From assembly GCA_050014495.1 (NCBI GenBank), contig JBEKDF010000005.1, positions 43,782-107,781 of the forward strand: DNA of 64,000 nucleotides, in the 5' to 3' direction. Positions 48,032 through 58,017 of this stretch are shown here, one piece after another. Under the pieces are notes generated by a model. It saw only the letters and a program-made list of their open reading frames with translations, did not search any database and had not been told where the DNA came from. Each line of letters opens with the position of its first letter. The stretch's first letter is position 1. The stretch is from Candidatus Bathyarchaeia archaeon (GTDB taxonomy: Archaea > Thermoproteota > Bathyarchaeia > TCS64). A program made the position numbers and the translations under genes.

Positions 48032-49282
48032 ATGCTCTCCAGAACAGTAATAAAAGCGAGAAGATTAATCGACGGAGTTGGCGAAGAATCAATCGAAGAT
48101 CCGATTCTTGTTGTTGAAGGCGGCCTCATCAGGGAGGTTCATACGAGAGGAGAGGAGCCCCAAATCCGAAGCGACGACGAGGTAATTCTCTTAGGTGATT
48201 GCACCATTTTGCCGGGTTTAATCGACTCCCACATACATATGACGCTAGGAACTTCGGAGAACTACTATGAGGTTGTGAGAGAGTCGGATGGAATACACCT
48301 CGCCGCCGGCATCACAAACTGTAGATCCGCCTTAAGATCCGGCATAACAAGCATCGTCGATGCAGGGTCAAGGAACCTGGTAGCACACGACCTAAGAGAG
48401 GCTGAGAAGAGAGGCATAATCGAGGCCCCCAATCTAATCATAGCTGGTCGACCACTCACCATAACTGGGGGCCACTTTTGGTTCTGCAACGATAACGAAG
48501 CCGATGGAATAGAACAGGTGCTTAGGAGAGTACGTCAATTCGTCAAAGAGGGTATTGATATTCTCAAGCTAATGGCTTCGGGTGGAGGATCAGCGACACA
48601 GGGTTCGATGGGTGGACCCACGGCAGCCATGGTAGCATTTAGTAAAGAAGAGTTGGAAACCGCGGTAAAAGAAGCGCATAAATTTGGCAGAATAACCACA
48701 GCCCACTGCGAGGCATACGAATCCGTTTACAACGCGGCTTCCGCTGGAGTCGATGTGTTGGCCCACTGCGGCTTCATCAGGCCTGATGGAGAGAGATCAT
48801 TCGACGATGAAGCTGTCAAACTCATGGCTGAGAAGAAGCTGTTCTACAACCCCACACTCCAAACAGGGTCGGCGAGGTACGATGAGCTTAAAACGAGGAA
48901 TAAGATGGGAAGCCTCTCCCCTAAGGAAAAAGAGGCTCTAGAGGTACTAGAATACAAGTTCAATAGAAAATACGAGAACCTCAGAAAAATGCTCGCATAT
49001 GGAGTAGAAATAGTCGCTGGTTCCGATTCCACTGGCCTCGGCAAATCCACTAGATTACTCAGGACACTGGAAATGATGCATGAATCCGGCATGTCCCCGA
49101 TCCAGGTTATTAAATCGGCGACCTCTAATGCAGCAAAGGCACTTAAAATTGAAAATAAGGTTGGCTCAATACACGAAGGGTTGAGAGCAGACCTAATTGT
49201 GGTGGAGGGAGATCCAGCAAAGGAGATCAGTGACCTAAAAAAGACCAAGTTGGTTATGAAATCGGGAAGAATCGTGAAATAG
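48032..49282 (+). CDS. Metal-dependent amidohydrolase (Xaa-Pro dipeptidase-like subgroup)
   Basis: PGLIDSHIH, TGGH, K.MASGG, AHC, AHCG, GSD, ADLIV. Confidence 0.88.
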   Translation: MLSRTVIKARRLIDGVGEESIEDPILVVEGGLIREVHTRGEEPQIRSDDEVILLGDCTILPGLIDSHIHMTLGTSENYYEVVRESDGIHLAAGITNCRSALRSGITSIVDAGSRNLVAHDLREAEKRGIIEAPNLIIAGRPLTITGGHFWFCNDNEADGIEQVLRRVRQFVKEGIDILKLMASGGGSATQGSMGGPTAAMVAFSKEELETAVKEAHKFGRITTAHCEAYESVYNAASAGVDVLAHCGFIRPDGERSFDDEAVKLMAEKKLFYNPTLQTGSARYDELKTRNKMGSLSPKEKEALEVLEYKFNRKYENLRKMLAYGVEIVAGSDSTGLGKSTRLLRTLEMMHESGMSPIQVIKSATSNAAKALKIENKVGSIHEGLRADLIVVEGDPAKEISDLKKTKLVMKSGRIVK

Positions 49283-49340
49283 TTCCTCTCCTCCCCCGTT
49301 AAAGTAAATATTCATTAATTTGTATTAATTTCAAATAATC

Positions 49341-49724
49341 ATGAGATCATACATTAAAATAATGGGTCCACCGTTGGGGAAAGCACTCAAAGAATTAGAA
49401 AAAATTGCGATAGACATGCCGCAAGTCTGCATAATGGATGAAGCCATCATGCATGGTATTCCCAAAGAACTGAGCGAAGATGTCGGTGAGTCGGTTAAGT
49501 ACTCAGAGCACGTAGGAAACTTATTCGCTGAAAGAACAGGGGTCGTCGTCGAAACCGAGAGATGTAGTAAAATAATTAGCAAATCCGACAGAGTCCTTGG
49601 AGAATATGACTTTTTTTTTGAATGGTTCAAGAAACCAAGAATAAACGATCTGAATGACCTCATCCAAAAAGTCGACGACATCCTTGCCCCGCTCGGAGTC
49701 CACTACACGATTACTACAAAATGA
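49341..49724 (+). CDS. Hypothetical protein (decayed paralog at 52189-52376)
   Basis: Clean 127-aa ORF whose 3' half recurs downstream with codon-like divergence. Confidence 0.75.
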   Translation: MRSYIKIMGPPLGKALKELEKIAIDMPQVCIMDEAIMHGIPKELSEDVGESVKYSEHVGNLFAERTGVVVETERCSKIISKSDRVLGEYDFFFEWFKKPRINDLNDLIQKVDDILAPLGVHYTITTK

Positions 49725-49795
49725 AGACTCAACAATCACACATCTTCGAGCAAGTGAAAAACTGCTCAATAACAGTGGATCTATTAAACCCCTCA

Positions 49796-50115
49796 TTACT
49801 TCTTGGGGATGGCTTCAACAATTTTCTCAATCACAGATTCCCTGAAACGAGGACGACTCTCACTATTACCATTCTCATTACCCTGCCGAACCACAACAAG
49901 ATCTAGGCTCGGAATAACGTAGCAATCATTCGCGTTATTACCCTGAATCATAGAAGCGTCATTCGGCACGTTCCTCAGATTATCAAGGATCCAATAGGCG
50001 TAGCCATAGTTACTGGGGAATTCACCATTATCTCTCACAAATCTATTAGTTGCCTTTTCAACCAGGTCTTCGGGATAAGCTGTCGCTCCCCCCATCGACC
50101 ATTATTCAGCCACAG
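49796..50115 (-). pseudogene. 3' fragment of the serine hydrolase paralog
   Basis: Matches 52424-52748 (NYGYA.WILD.LRNVP.D..M.QGNNANDC); 1-nt frameshift near 50073; homology stops at TGCGCGCAC 50117. Confidence 0.88.
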
Positions 50116-50160
50116 ATGCGCGCACTGAGCGACGACTAAAGAGCTGTGCCTCTTTATGTT

Positions 50161-51201
50161 TTAGTATTGGAGGTTCATATTAAACAAGTTCCGAAGTGGT
50201 AATCCTTTCAAATATAGACTTAGATTTTCGCAGAAAAGTTTCACCAGTTCAACGTTCTCGCTGTCCACATTGCTGGCTGAGTGGGGGCTCAAAAGAACCT
50301 GGGGCAATTCCCATAGGGGGCTATCGTGGGGGAGGGGTTCCGTCGTTTGGACATCGAGGGCAGCTCCTAAGAGTTTGCCCGAATTCAGAGCTCTAATTAG
50401 AGCCGCCTCGTCCACTATGGCTCCCCTAGCAATGTTGATCAATACGGCGCTTGATTTCATGGCAGCTAGCTCTTCTTCTCTTATCAGACCCGTCGTCTCT
50501 AATGTTTGAGGGATGCAAAGTACTACGAAGTCGGCCTGACTGAGCATGGGCTTGAGGTCTGTCCATGGATATAGGCGTTCAACTCCCAAGGAGGCTGAGT
50601 TAACCCCCTCAGTATTGCGTTTTGTTCCAATTACATGCATGCCAAAGCAATTTGCAAGCTTAGCTACCTCTTGGCCTATTTTTCCCAAGCTGATAATAGC
50701 AACTGTCTTCCCCTTTAATGTGGTTCCAGCATATCTCCCCCAGTGCCTGCTCCCTTTCTCCTTGATCATACGTGGAGCATCCTTCACGAACCAGAGCATG
50801 GCCATGATGGAGAACTCTGCCAAGGGTGTAGCATGTATTCCACTAGCGGTCGTAATAGGAATATTCAGATCGGAGAAGCCTTTTAGCTTGACCCATTGGC
50901 CAACTCCGGCACTAGGAGATTGCACCCATTTAAGGCAGGGCGCAGTTTTGAAAAGCTCTTTCACATCCGTGTGTAACACGTATCCGAATAGAACTTCGGT
51001 CTGGGACAGCAATTCTAGCCAGCGTTTCTTTTGTGTAGGAGAATGTTGAATTTGGGTCCCATGCTGATCGCAAAGATATCTAGGCCTACCAAGGAGATCC
51101 GGTTCATACAATACTTCAATACGAGGATCCACTTCCTCTATTTTTTTGATCAAATTCGTTTCTATAGTAAAAGTGATCAGAACCTTTACCTTCTCTGACA
51201 T
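50161..51201 (-). CDS. D-2-hydroxyacid dehydrogenase
   Basis: SAGV, LAEF, SLGKIG, INIARG, LDV...EPL, SPHSA. Confidence 0.9.
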   Translation of the reverse strand: MSEKVKVLITFTIETNLIKKIEEVDPRIEVLYEPDLLGRPRYLCDQHGTQIQHSPTQKKRWLELLSQTEVLFGYVLHTDVKELFKTAPCLKWVQSPSAGVGQWVKLKGFSDLNIPITTASGIHATPLAEFSIMAMLWFVKDAPRMIKEKGSRHWGRYAGTTLKGKTVAIISLGKIGQEVAKLANCFGMHVIGTKRNTEGVNSASLGVERLYPWTDLKPMLSQADFVVLCIPQTLETTGLIREEELAAMKSSAVLINIARGAIVDEAALIRALNSGKLLGAALDVQTTEPLPHDSPLWELPQVLLSPHSASNVDSENVELVKLFCENLSLYLKGLPLRNLFNMNLQY

Positions 51202-51356
51202 TACTTAAACACTAATAGAATTGAGAATAAAACTCTTCTCGAGCGCGTTTCCAGTAGGGCGTGCATACCCTGTAGATATTTTCTCAACATACTATCGATT
51301 TGTCGAGTGAGCAGAGGGGGCCTCTGCGTTGTGTGAGGGATAAGATTATGGTGGAT

Positions 51357-52124
51357 CTATTTCTTAAAGTATAGAACCTTCATCCCAATATCGCCGATCG
51401 TGTCCTTCAGCATGGTATCATAGTAGACCTTCTCGGGTAGATCATAGGACACGTAGACCGCCTTTGTGAGCTTATCCCTCCAGTTAGCAACAGCAGCCTC
51501 CCAGCCATTAGCCCTCAGGTAATCAGCGAGCTGTATGGGGCGAATCTCTGACCGGTGATACCATGCGCGTTTTGGAGGGCTAGGAAACTCTAGGCCTCTG
51601 AGAAGTTCCCAACCATCTCATCGTCGCTAGCAAACTTTAACCTCAACTCCTCAGATAACTTGGTCTCGTCACTCAGTGTGAGTCTGCTTGGTTTAAGCCT
51701 CTTACCCTCAAGGGCGCTCACACTGAGTGAATTCACTGCGACATTGTACTGGTAGAGCTCCATCGCCAGGCACTGGGTTAAGCCCTCTAACCCATACTTT
51801 GATGGGCAATACGCTATCTCAGCGACGAAGCCTGTCGTCGCAGACCCAGAGGAGATGTTTACGATGCTACCCTTGCCCTGCTTCTTCATCATGGGCAGAA
51901 ACAACTTAACACAAATGGTGCACGAAGGTTGATCGAGATCGACCTATCCCACTCCTCGATAGTGCGCGCGCGAATCCTTCAAAGCCTTCAACTCCGCCAG
52001 GGAACGAGACGCGGCTACGACGTCGGCACTCTCAGAAGCAAGTCCCATAGACAAATACTTACCATAACCACGTCCAGCACCCATCACATGGACCACTCTG
52101 CCAAAGTCTACCCATTAAAGCCAC
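51357..52124 (-). pseudogene. Decayed SDR paralog of 45973-46905
   Basis: End-to-end similarity; TGG>TAG at 51590, small frameshifts near 51541 and 51910, about 170 bp deletion at GTGCGCGCGCG 51962-51972. Confidence 0.9.
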
Positions 52125-52188
52125 GACACTCTAAAATGTCACCAGCTTTTAAAATGATTACTGAAAAAAAATATGAGTCACTCGCGCA

Positions 52189-52376
52189 TGGGCATTGCTG
52201 TTGAAACCGAGAGGTGTAATAAAAACATCAGCAAATACGGGAGGGAACTCGGGGAGTATAACTTCTAACTTGAATGGTTTAAGAAGCCAACACTGGATTA
52301 ACTGAATAACCTCATCAAGAAGGTTGATGAAACACTCGCGCTCCTAGGTGTTCTCTACACGCTCACAACGAAGTAA
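52189..52376 (+). pseudogene. 3' fragment paralog of 49341-49724
   Basis: VETERC..ISK, EWFKKP, LIKKVD..LA.LGV.YT.TTK* with stops and a frameshift; begins right after CGCGCA 52183-52188. Confidence 0.85.
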
Positions 52377-52423
52377 AAACCTCAGTTGTGCGCACTCATT
52401 CATATGGCGCCATTTAACCTCCA

Positions 52424-53731
52424 TCATTTCTTCTTGGGGAAGGCCTCAACGATCTTCTCTATCACGGACTCCCTGAAGCGGGGTCTGCTCTCACTATTGC
52501 CATTCTCGTTGCCCTGACGAACCACGATGAGATCCAGGCTCGGAATGATGTAGCAATCGTTCGCGTTGTTGCCTTGAGTCATAAATGCGTCCTTCGGAAC
52601 GTTCCTCAAATCGTCGAGGATCCAGAACGCGTACCCATAGTTGCTGGGAGTTTCACCGTTGTCTCGTATGAACCTCTTAGACGCCTTCCTTATCCACTCC
52701 TCGGGGACAAGCTGTCGACCCCCCCAACGACCTTTATTCAGCCACAGGTAACCCATCCTAGCATAGTCTCGGGCCGTGCATGGGAATGTGCTTGAAACAA
52801 TCGTGTTGTAACCATACTTACTGAAGCTTCTATCCGCTCCATACGCGTTACAACCCGTGCTCCCGCCCCTAAACCACCCCGGCTCATCTCCAAAGTTGAA
52901 CTTCTTATCGCTCCTATAGGGAACCTCCCTGAAATCATTATCCCGGATCCCCACGGGCATTCCAATGTGCTTCATTATGTGGTCATACGCATAAGGCCCA
53001 ACCTCCTTACCCGTCATGTTTCGTATTGCGAGAGCCAACAACTCTAACCCAAAGCTGCTGTAATTGAACCCCTGTCCCGGCTCGAACATCAACGTGTGAT
53101 GTGAGGGTATACCCTCAAAGTGCCACCAGCCAAAGCAATACTCATACATCTGGAAGGAGCCCGAGTAATCCGGATAGAAGTGGCGGGGAGTCGGGGCCAG
53201 CCAGGGCTCGTTTCCCTCATGCCCAGACGTCATGGAGAGGACGTTTTTCACCTTGATCTTCTGCTTCCTCACATCCGTGAGGGGCTGATCCCATATCTGT
53301 GGAATAAGCGAATCCTCGTGACTCTTTCCCACGAGCAGCGTGTCCAGGCTAACTCGGTCCTTATACTCCTCAAGAAACACCCCCACAGCCGAGCCGAAGA
53401 CCGACTTCGCGGAGGACTTCATGTCATTGCATGTGCGTGTGGTCCATGGCTGAGGCCCACCCTCCGTCCCAGTGACGTAGCTCTCTCCGATGATGTGCCC
53501 TTTGTAAATTATGACGAGGGCGCCACCAAACTTCTTGGTGTAGGTCTCCTCAGTATCGTGGAACTTGATTGCATTACTTAGTTTACCAGCATCTACCCCC
53601 AATGAACCAGGATCTCCAACGCGCCAACCCCCATCCTTTTCGGATGGCGGAAAATACTCTTCAGCTAAGGTACAACACCTGCAATAACAAACATCCTTTA
53701 GATAGAAAAAATGTACGCGTCGCGTCCACAA
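52424..53731 (-). CDS. Serine hydrolase, beta-lactamase/AmpC-like (true start probably near 53668)
   Basis: SSAK (SxxK), LSMTSG, PG.GFNYSS, TARDYARMG.L.L..G.W, YGY.FW. Confidence 0.88.
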   Translation of the reverse strand: MWTRRVHFFYLKDVCYCRCCTLAEEYFPPSEKDGGWRVGDPGSLGVDAGKLSNAIKFHDTEETYTKKFGGALVIIYKGHIIGESYVTGTEGGPQPWTTRTCNDMKSSAKSVFGSAVGVFLEEYKDRVSLDTLLVGKSHEDSLIPQIWDQPLTDVRKQKIKVKNVLSMTSGHEGNEPWLAPTPRHFYPDYSGSFQMYEYCFGWWHFEGIPSHHTLMFEPGQGFNYSSFGLELLALAIRNMTGKEVGPYAYDHIMKHIGMPVGIRDNDFREVPYRSDKKFNFGDEPGWFRGGSTGCNAYGADRSFSKYGYNTIVSSTFPCTARDYARMGYLWLNKGRWGGRQLVPEEWIRKASKRFIRDNGETPSNYGYAFWILDDLRNVPKDAFMTQGNNANDCYIIPSLDLIVVRQGNENGNSESRPRFRESVIEKIVEAFPKKK

Positions 53732-53763
53732 GCTAATTGGAGATCATCACAGACCTAGATTCT

Positions 53764-55110
53764 TCACCCCTTTGCTGAACTAGTTGCCTTCACCGACTCC
53801 TCCATAATCCCCATTGCTACGTCACTCTCCTCCTCAGAGATCACTAAGGGGGGAGAAAGCCTGATCACCTGATTATACGTGCCCACACGTCCCACCATCA
53901 ACCCCCTCCTAAAACACTCCAGCAATACCCTCTCAGCTGCAGATGGGGCTGGTTTCCTGCTCCTCGGATCCTCCACAAATTCTAACCCTAGGAGCAGTCC
54001 ACTACCTCGCACATCCCCAATCAACTCGTATCGTTCCTGCATCTCACTGAGCCTTCGGATGATGTGTTCACCGACTCTAGAGGCGTTCTCAACAAGCTTC
54101 TCCTCCTGAATCTGCCTAATCGTGGCCAGAGCAGAGACACAGGAGATCGGGTTACCAGCAAACGATCCGCCCCTAACCACTTGTAACTGCTCCTCCTTCT
54201 CCATGATCTCCTTGCTAGCCAACACACCCGCCATCGATATTCCATTCGCGAATCCCTTACCCAGGAACATCACATCGGGTTCTACACCGCTGTGCTCGAT
54301 GCCGAACATCCTACCCGTTCTACCAAACCCAGCTGCGACCTCATCATCAACAAAAAGTATGCCATGCTCATCGCACATTTTCCTAAGCCTCTGAAGGTAA
54401 CCCTCAGGCGGAATAACAACCCCCGCCACCTGCTGGAGGGGCTCCACGAATATCCCAGCTACCTCGTCTGGAGGAGCGAGAGTGTCAAAAACGTAACTGA
54501 GATACTCCAAGCAGCGGTAGCCACACTCAGGATGCTCCTGACCGAAGGAGCATCTGTAGCAGTTGGGGTAGGGGATGTGCTCTACGCACGGTATCAAGGG
54601 TTGGCAGAACCTCCTATTCTCCGAGCGATCGGCAAGCAGCGACAGCGTCCCGATGCTGTAGCCGTAGTGTCCACCAAGGTAAGAGATCAGAATAGGTTTA
54701 CTCGTGTAGGCTCTAGCCAGCTCCATAGCGAACTCTGAGGCGTCTGAGCCAGTGTTACAAAACTCGAATCTTCCCTCCGAAAGACCCCCTGGCGCTATCT
54801 CCCTTATCTTCTCCATCAACTCAATCTTTTGAGGTATAGAGCCTCGGATCATGCTGACGCAGCTCTTATCTAGTTGTCCCTGGACGGCGTCGATTATTCT
54901 CTGGGATCTGTGCCCAACGCTGATGTTTAGGTCAGCCAAGTTAATGTAAACATTCTCATCGACATCCTTCACATAGATGCCTTCACCCTCAGAGAGCACA
55001 GTCAGGCTGGGCTGTTGAGGAGAGCAGCGCCTCCATCTCTCCAACCATAACCTCGACTTAGGCCCGGGAGGAGGAACAATGATATTAGGTCCTTTCAAAT
55101 AAGTCTCCAA
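53764..55110 (-). CDS. Class III PLP-dependent aminotransferase (GabT-like)
   Basis: PPGPKS, TGSDASE, HYG, EP.Q..AG, DDEVAAGFGRTG, LGKG, RG.GL..G.E, IRLSPPL. Confidence 0.9.
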   Translation of the reverse strand: METYLKGPNIIVPPPGPKSRLWLERWRRCSPQQPSLTVLSEGEGIYVKDVDENVYINLADLNISVGHRSQRIIDAVQGQLDKSCVSMIRGSIPQKIELMEKIREIAPGGLSEGRFEFCNTGSDASEFAMELARAYTSKPILISYLGGHYGYSIGTLSLLADRSENRRFCQPLIPCVEHIPYPNCYRCSFGQEHPECGYRCLEYLSYVFDTLAPPDEVAGIFVEPLQQVAGVVIPPEGYLQRLRKMCDEHGILFVDDEVAAGFGRTGRMFGIEHSGVEPDVMFLGKGFANGISMAGVLASKEIMEKEEQLQVVRGGSFAGNPISCVSALATIRQIQEEKLVENASRVGEHIIRRLSEMQERYELIGDVRGSGLLLGLEFVEDPRSRKPAPSAAERVLLECFRRGLMVGRVGTYNQVIRLSPPLVISEEESDVAMGIMEESVKATSSAKG

Positions 55111-55445
55111 AATAAAACTTGTTCAAGCTAATAATTATCAATTATCAGACTATCTAGTACAAAACTAATCCCTGACCTGCACGGCGTGTGCTTTGCTTGT
55201 GCGTGTACCCTACGTCAATAAAATCAAGGCGTTCGGCAGGAATCGGTAGATACAATGTGATCCGCCTCTGCTTGGAACTCCAAGATATCTGAACAATCAG
55301 TATGGCGAACCCATCATTAGACTAAAAAACAAGAGAATAGGTTCAGGCATACGCGAATTATCATACAGCACAAGGACGAGTTCATATACGCCAGGGCAGC
55401 TTCCTCGAGGCTTGAATGAGGAGTATCCCAAAATTGTATATTATT

Positions 55446-56489
55446 TCAATAGAGGAGCTTTTTATCAAGAACACTATTGAGGGGTTTACTCGCTAAGTAT
55501 CGGTGTAAGTTATCTACGAATACATCTGTTAATCTCTCATTCTGTTTATCGTCAGTGCTGGCTGAATGAGGACTGATGATGACTCTAGGCATATTCCAGA
55601 GCGGACTCTCTAGAGGTAGAGGTTCGGTGCGGAACACATCGAGCGCAGCCCCACCCAAATGACCTGAGAGTAGTGCATCCACAAGCGCATCCTCATCAAC
55701 AACTGCTCCCTTTGAAATGTTAATTAGGACTGCACCCGGCTTCATGTAAGTTATCTCTTCCTTACCAATTAGTCCCCGAGTTTCCTCGGTTTCAGGACAA
55801 ATTAGGACCAGAAAGTCAGCATCGGTAAGCATCGGTTTCAAGTTTTTGTTGGAGTAGATGGCATCCACATTCAAATTAGCGGGATCAACTCCATCAACCG
55901 TACGCTTCGTGCCGATAACGTGCATCCCCAGACATTTAGCTAGTTTGACAATTTCTTTCCCCGCCTTTCCAAGGCCAACTATTGCTAGGGTTTTTCCACT
56001 AAGATCAGTTGAACAGTTCCTCGCCCAGTGCTTTTTCTCCTTTCCCTCGGCCATCAAAAAGTAGTTTTTAGTAAACATCAACATCGACATTATGCAGAAC
56101 TCTGCGAGAGGAATGTTATGTACACCACCAGCAGTTGTGAATGTAATATCAGTCTCTATGAGACCGCTCTCTTTCGCTCCCCAACCTATTCCTGCGCTTG
56201 GCGACTGATTCCATCGCAGCTTTGGAAACCATTTTTTGATATCTCGACCACCATATCCCGTCGGCAAGTATCCAAAGAGGATCTCAGTCTCAGCCATCAT
56301 AGACTGCAGTTTTTGGTCTTGCTCAGGGGAACGCTTTATCGGACCACCGTGCTGATCGCAGGTATATCTAGGTTCACCTAGTAGAGATGGATCATAAAGG
56401 ATCTCTATTTTTGGATCCACTGATTTAATCTTACTCAGGAGCTCAGGGGCAATATGAAACGTTATAAAAATTTTGATTTGATCTTTCAT
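55446..56489 (-). CDS. D-2-hydroxyacid dehydrogenase (paralog of 50161-51201)
   Basis: Shared PRY.CDQHG and QSPSAG; GLGKAG, INISKG, EPL, SPHSA. Confidence 0.9.
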   Translation of the reverse strand: MKDQIKIFITFHIAPELLSKIKSVDPKIEILYDPSLLGEPRYTCDQHGGPIKRSPEQDQKLQSMMAETEILFGYLPTGYGGRDIKKWFPKLRWNQSPSAGIGWGAKESGLIETDITFTTAGGVHNIPLAEFCIMSMLMFTKNYFLMAEGKEKKHWARNCSTDLSGKTLAIVGLGKAGKEIVKLAKCLGMHVIGTKRTVDGVDPANLNVDAIYSNKNLKPMLTDADFLVLICPETEETRGLIGKEEITYMKPGAVLINISKGAVVDEDALVDALLSGHLGGAALDVFRTEPLPLESPLWNMPRVIISPHSASTDDKQNERLTDVFVDNLHRYLASKPLNSVLDKKLLY

Positions 56490-56612
56490 ACATTTAAGTT
56501 CAATATCTCCTTTAAAATATTTATCTCATAGATTATTTCATAATACTAATTTATTACATCATTACGTAAAAAGTAGGCATAATTAAATGGAGATTTTTAT
56601 TGATGAGTTCAA

Positions 56613-57710
56613 TCAAGTTCTTCTGAATAATTCAGTTGTATGCTTTATATTATTTTTTTCTAATGATTTTATAGTATAATAGAATAGCTCTCCAACATTC
56701 TTCACATCGTTGAGTGAGACAACTTCGTTAGCAGAATGCATATATTTACTCGGCATTGATAGTAGGCCACATATAGAGCCGCCTTTAACTACCTGCAGTT
56801 CCCATGAATCATTCCCGCTTCTATCCGGAACCACTCTCCTTTGGTAGGGAATATTATTCAGCTTAGCTTCCTTTTCCATTAGCTCACAGAGCTCCTTTGA
56901 GAAACAAGGACCAAATGCGATCGCCGGACCATTCCCAAGTTTGACATCACCGACTCTTGAAATGTCAACGCCTGGCGCGATCGCGCTTGTAGTATCTGAG
57001 TTAATTGTATATGTTGGATTGAGGTTATAGCCAGCAACATGCGCGCCTCTCGAACCAATTTCCTCCTGAACTGTGGCGACGGCGTACACTTTGAGCCCTC
57101 TAGGTGGATTTTCCTTCAATTTTTCTAGAGTCTTTATCACTGAAACGATAGCGCTAACATCATCTAGAGCGGGGCCAATGACGAAATCGGACCCTTTTGC
57201 ACCGACATAATCCATCAATATCGCAGGTGTGCACATCGTACCCGAATGCACCCCCATTTTTTCTGCCGACTCCCTGCTACTCGCACCGAAATCTATGCGC
57301 ATGTCATTGAATCCCACAACAGCATCTCTTTCCTTCGCCTCAGTAACTTGAGGAGGTTTTGTACCTATTACGCCAATTAAATAGTCCTTAGGCTCATTTC
57401 CAATCCAAACTTTTACTCTTTCACCATAGGCGACTCTTGGATCCCAGCCTCCAACCGGAGAAAAATAGGCATACCCTCTTTCATCAATGTATCTTATGAT
57501 GAATCCTAATTGGTCGTAGTGTCCAGAAATCATTACAGAACGATCATCAGTGCCTACACTTCCTATGACATTTCCCATGAAATCAACAGATACAATATCA
57601 CAGAATTTAGTAAAATAATTAATTATGAGTTTCCTTCTCTGTTCCTCATGACCGGTAACCGCAGGTGATTCTGTTAATTCTTTTAAAATATCATAAATAT
57701 TTAAGGTCAT
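56613..57710 (-). CDS. M42 family (TET-like) aminopeptidase
   Basis: GHYDQLGF, GGWDP, ALDD, QEEIG, YMHS..E. Confidence 0.9.
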   Translation of the reverse strand: MTLNIYDILKELTESPAVTGHEEQRRKLIINYFTKFCDIVSVDFMGNVIGSVGTDDRSVMISGHYDQLGFIIRYIDERGYAYFSPVGGWDPRVAYGERVKVWIGNEPKDYLIGVIGTKPPQVTEAKERDAVVGFNDMRIDFGASSRESAEKMGVHSGTMCTPAILMDYVGAKGSDFVIGPALDDVSAIVSVIKTLEKLKENPPRGLKVYAVATVQEEIGSRGAHVAGYNLNPTYTINSDTTSAIAPGVDISRVGDVKLGNGPAIAFGPCFSKELCELMEKEAKLNNIPYQRRVVPDRSGNDSWELQVVKGGSICGLLSMPSKYMHSANEVVSLNDVKNVGELFYYTIKSLEKNNIKHTTELFRRT

Positions 57711-58017
57711 TTCATTAAGTTTATCACAGAAATATATTTAAGGTTTTGGCGCGCATGAAGAGCCATTATTTGAGAATTGATGAAGACCACTTTTTATCTT
57801 GTCATAATAGTAATTATAATCATACACATCGGTAAATTATCAATCGGTTATTAAAGTAGTTAAGGTCCACAAGCTCTATTATGTCTTAGTACTCGAACTT
57901 GAATGGTGACCGTTTTTCTGTAATTCAAGAATTGAAATATCGCCTGAGTTTCTATATTTTTTACTTATAAAAAGAAAAACCTTATTTTTTATCAACACAA
58001 ATAATGTTGAAATTAAT

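Noticed and set aside
55180..55440. Gene remnant between the aminotransferase and dehydrogenase
   Set aside because: No convincing frame or homology within the window
40334..57760. Integron (integrase plus cassette array)
   Set aside because: No IntI-specific features recognised and no attC-like GTTRRRY hairpins; genes carry their own promoters; junction tracts cut through genes rather than bounding them cleanly
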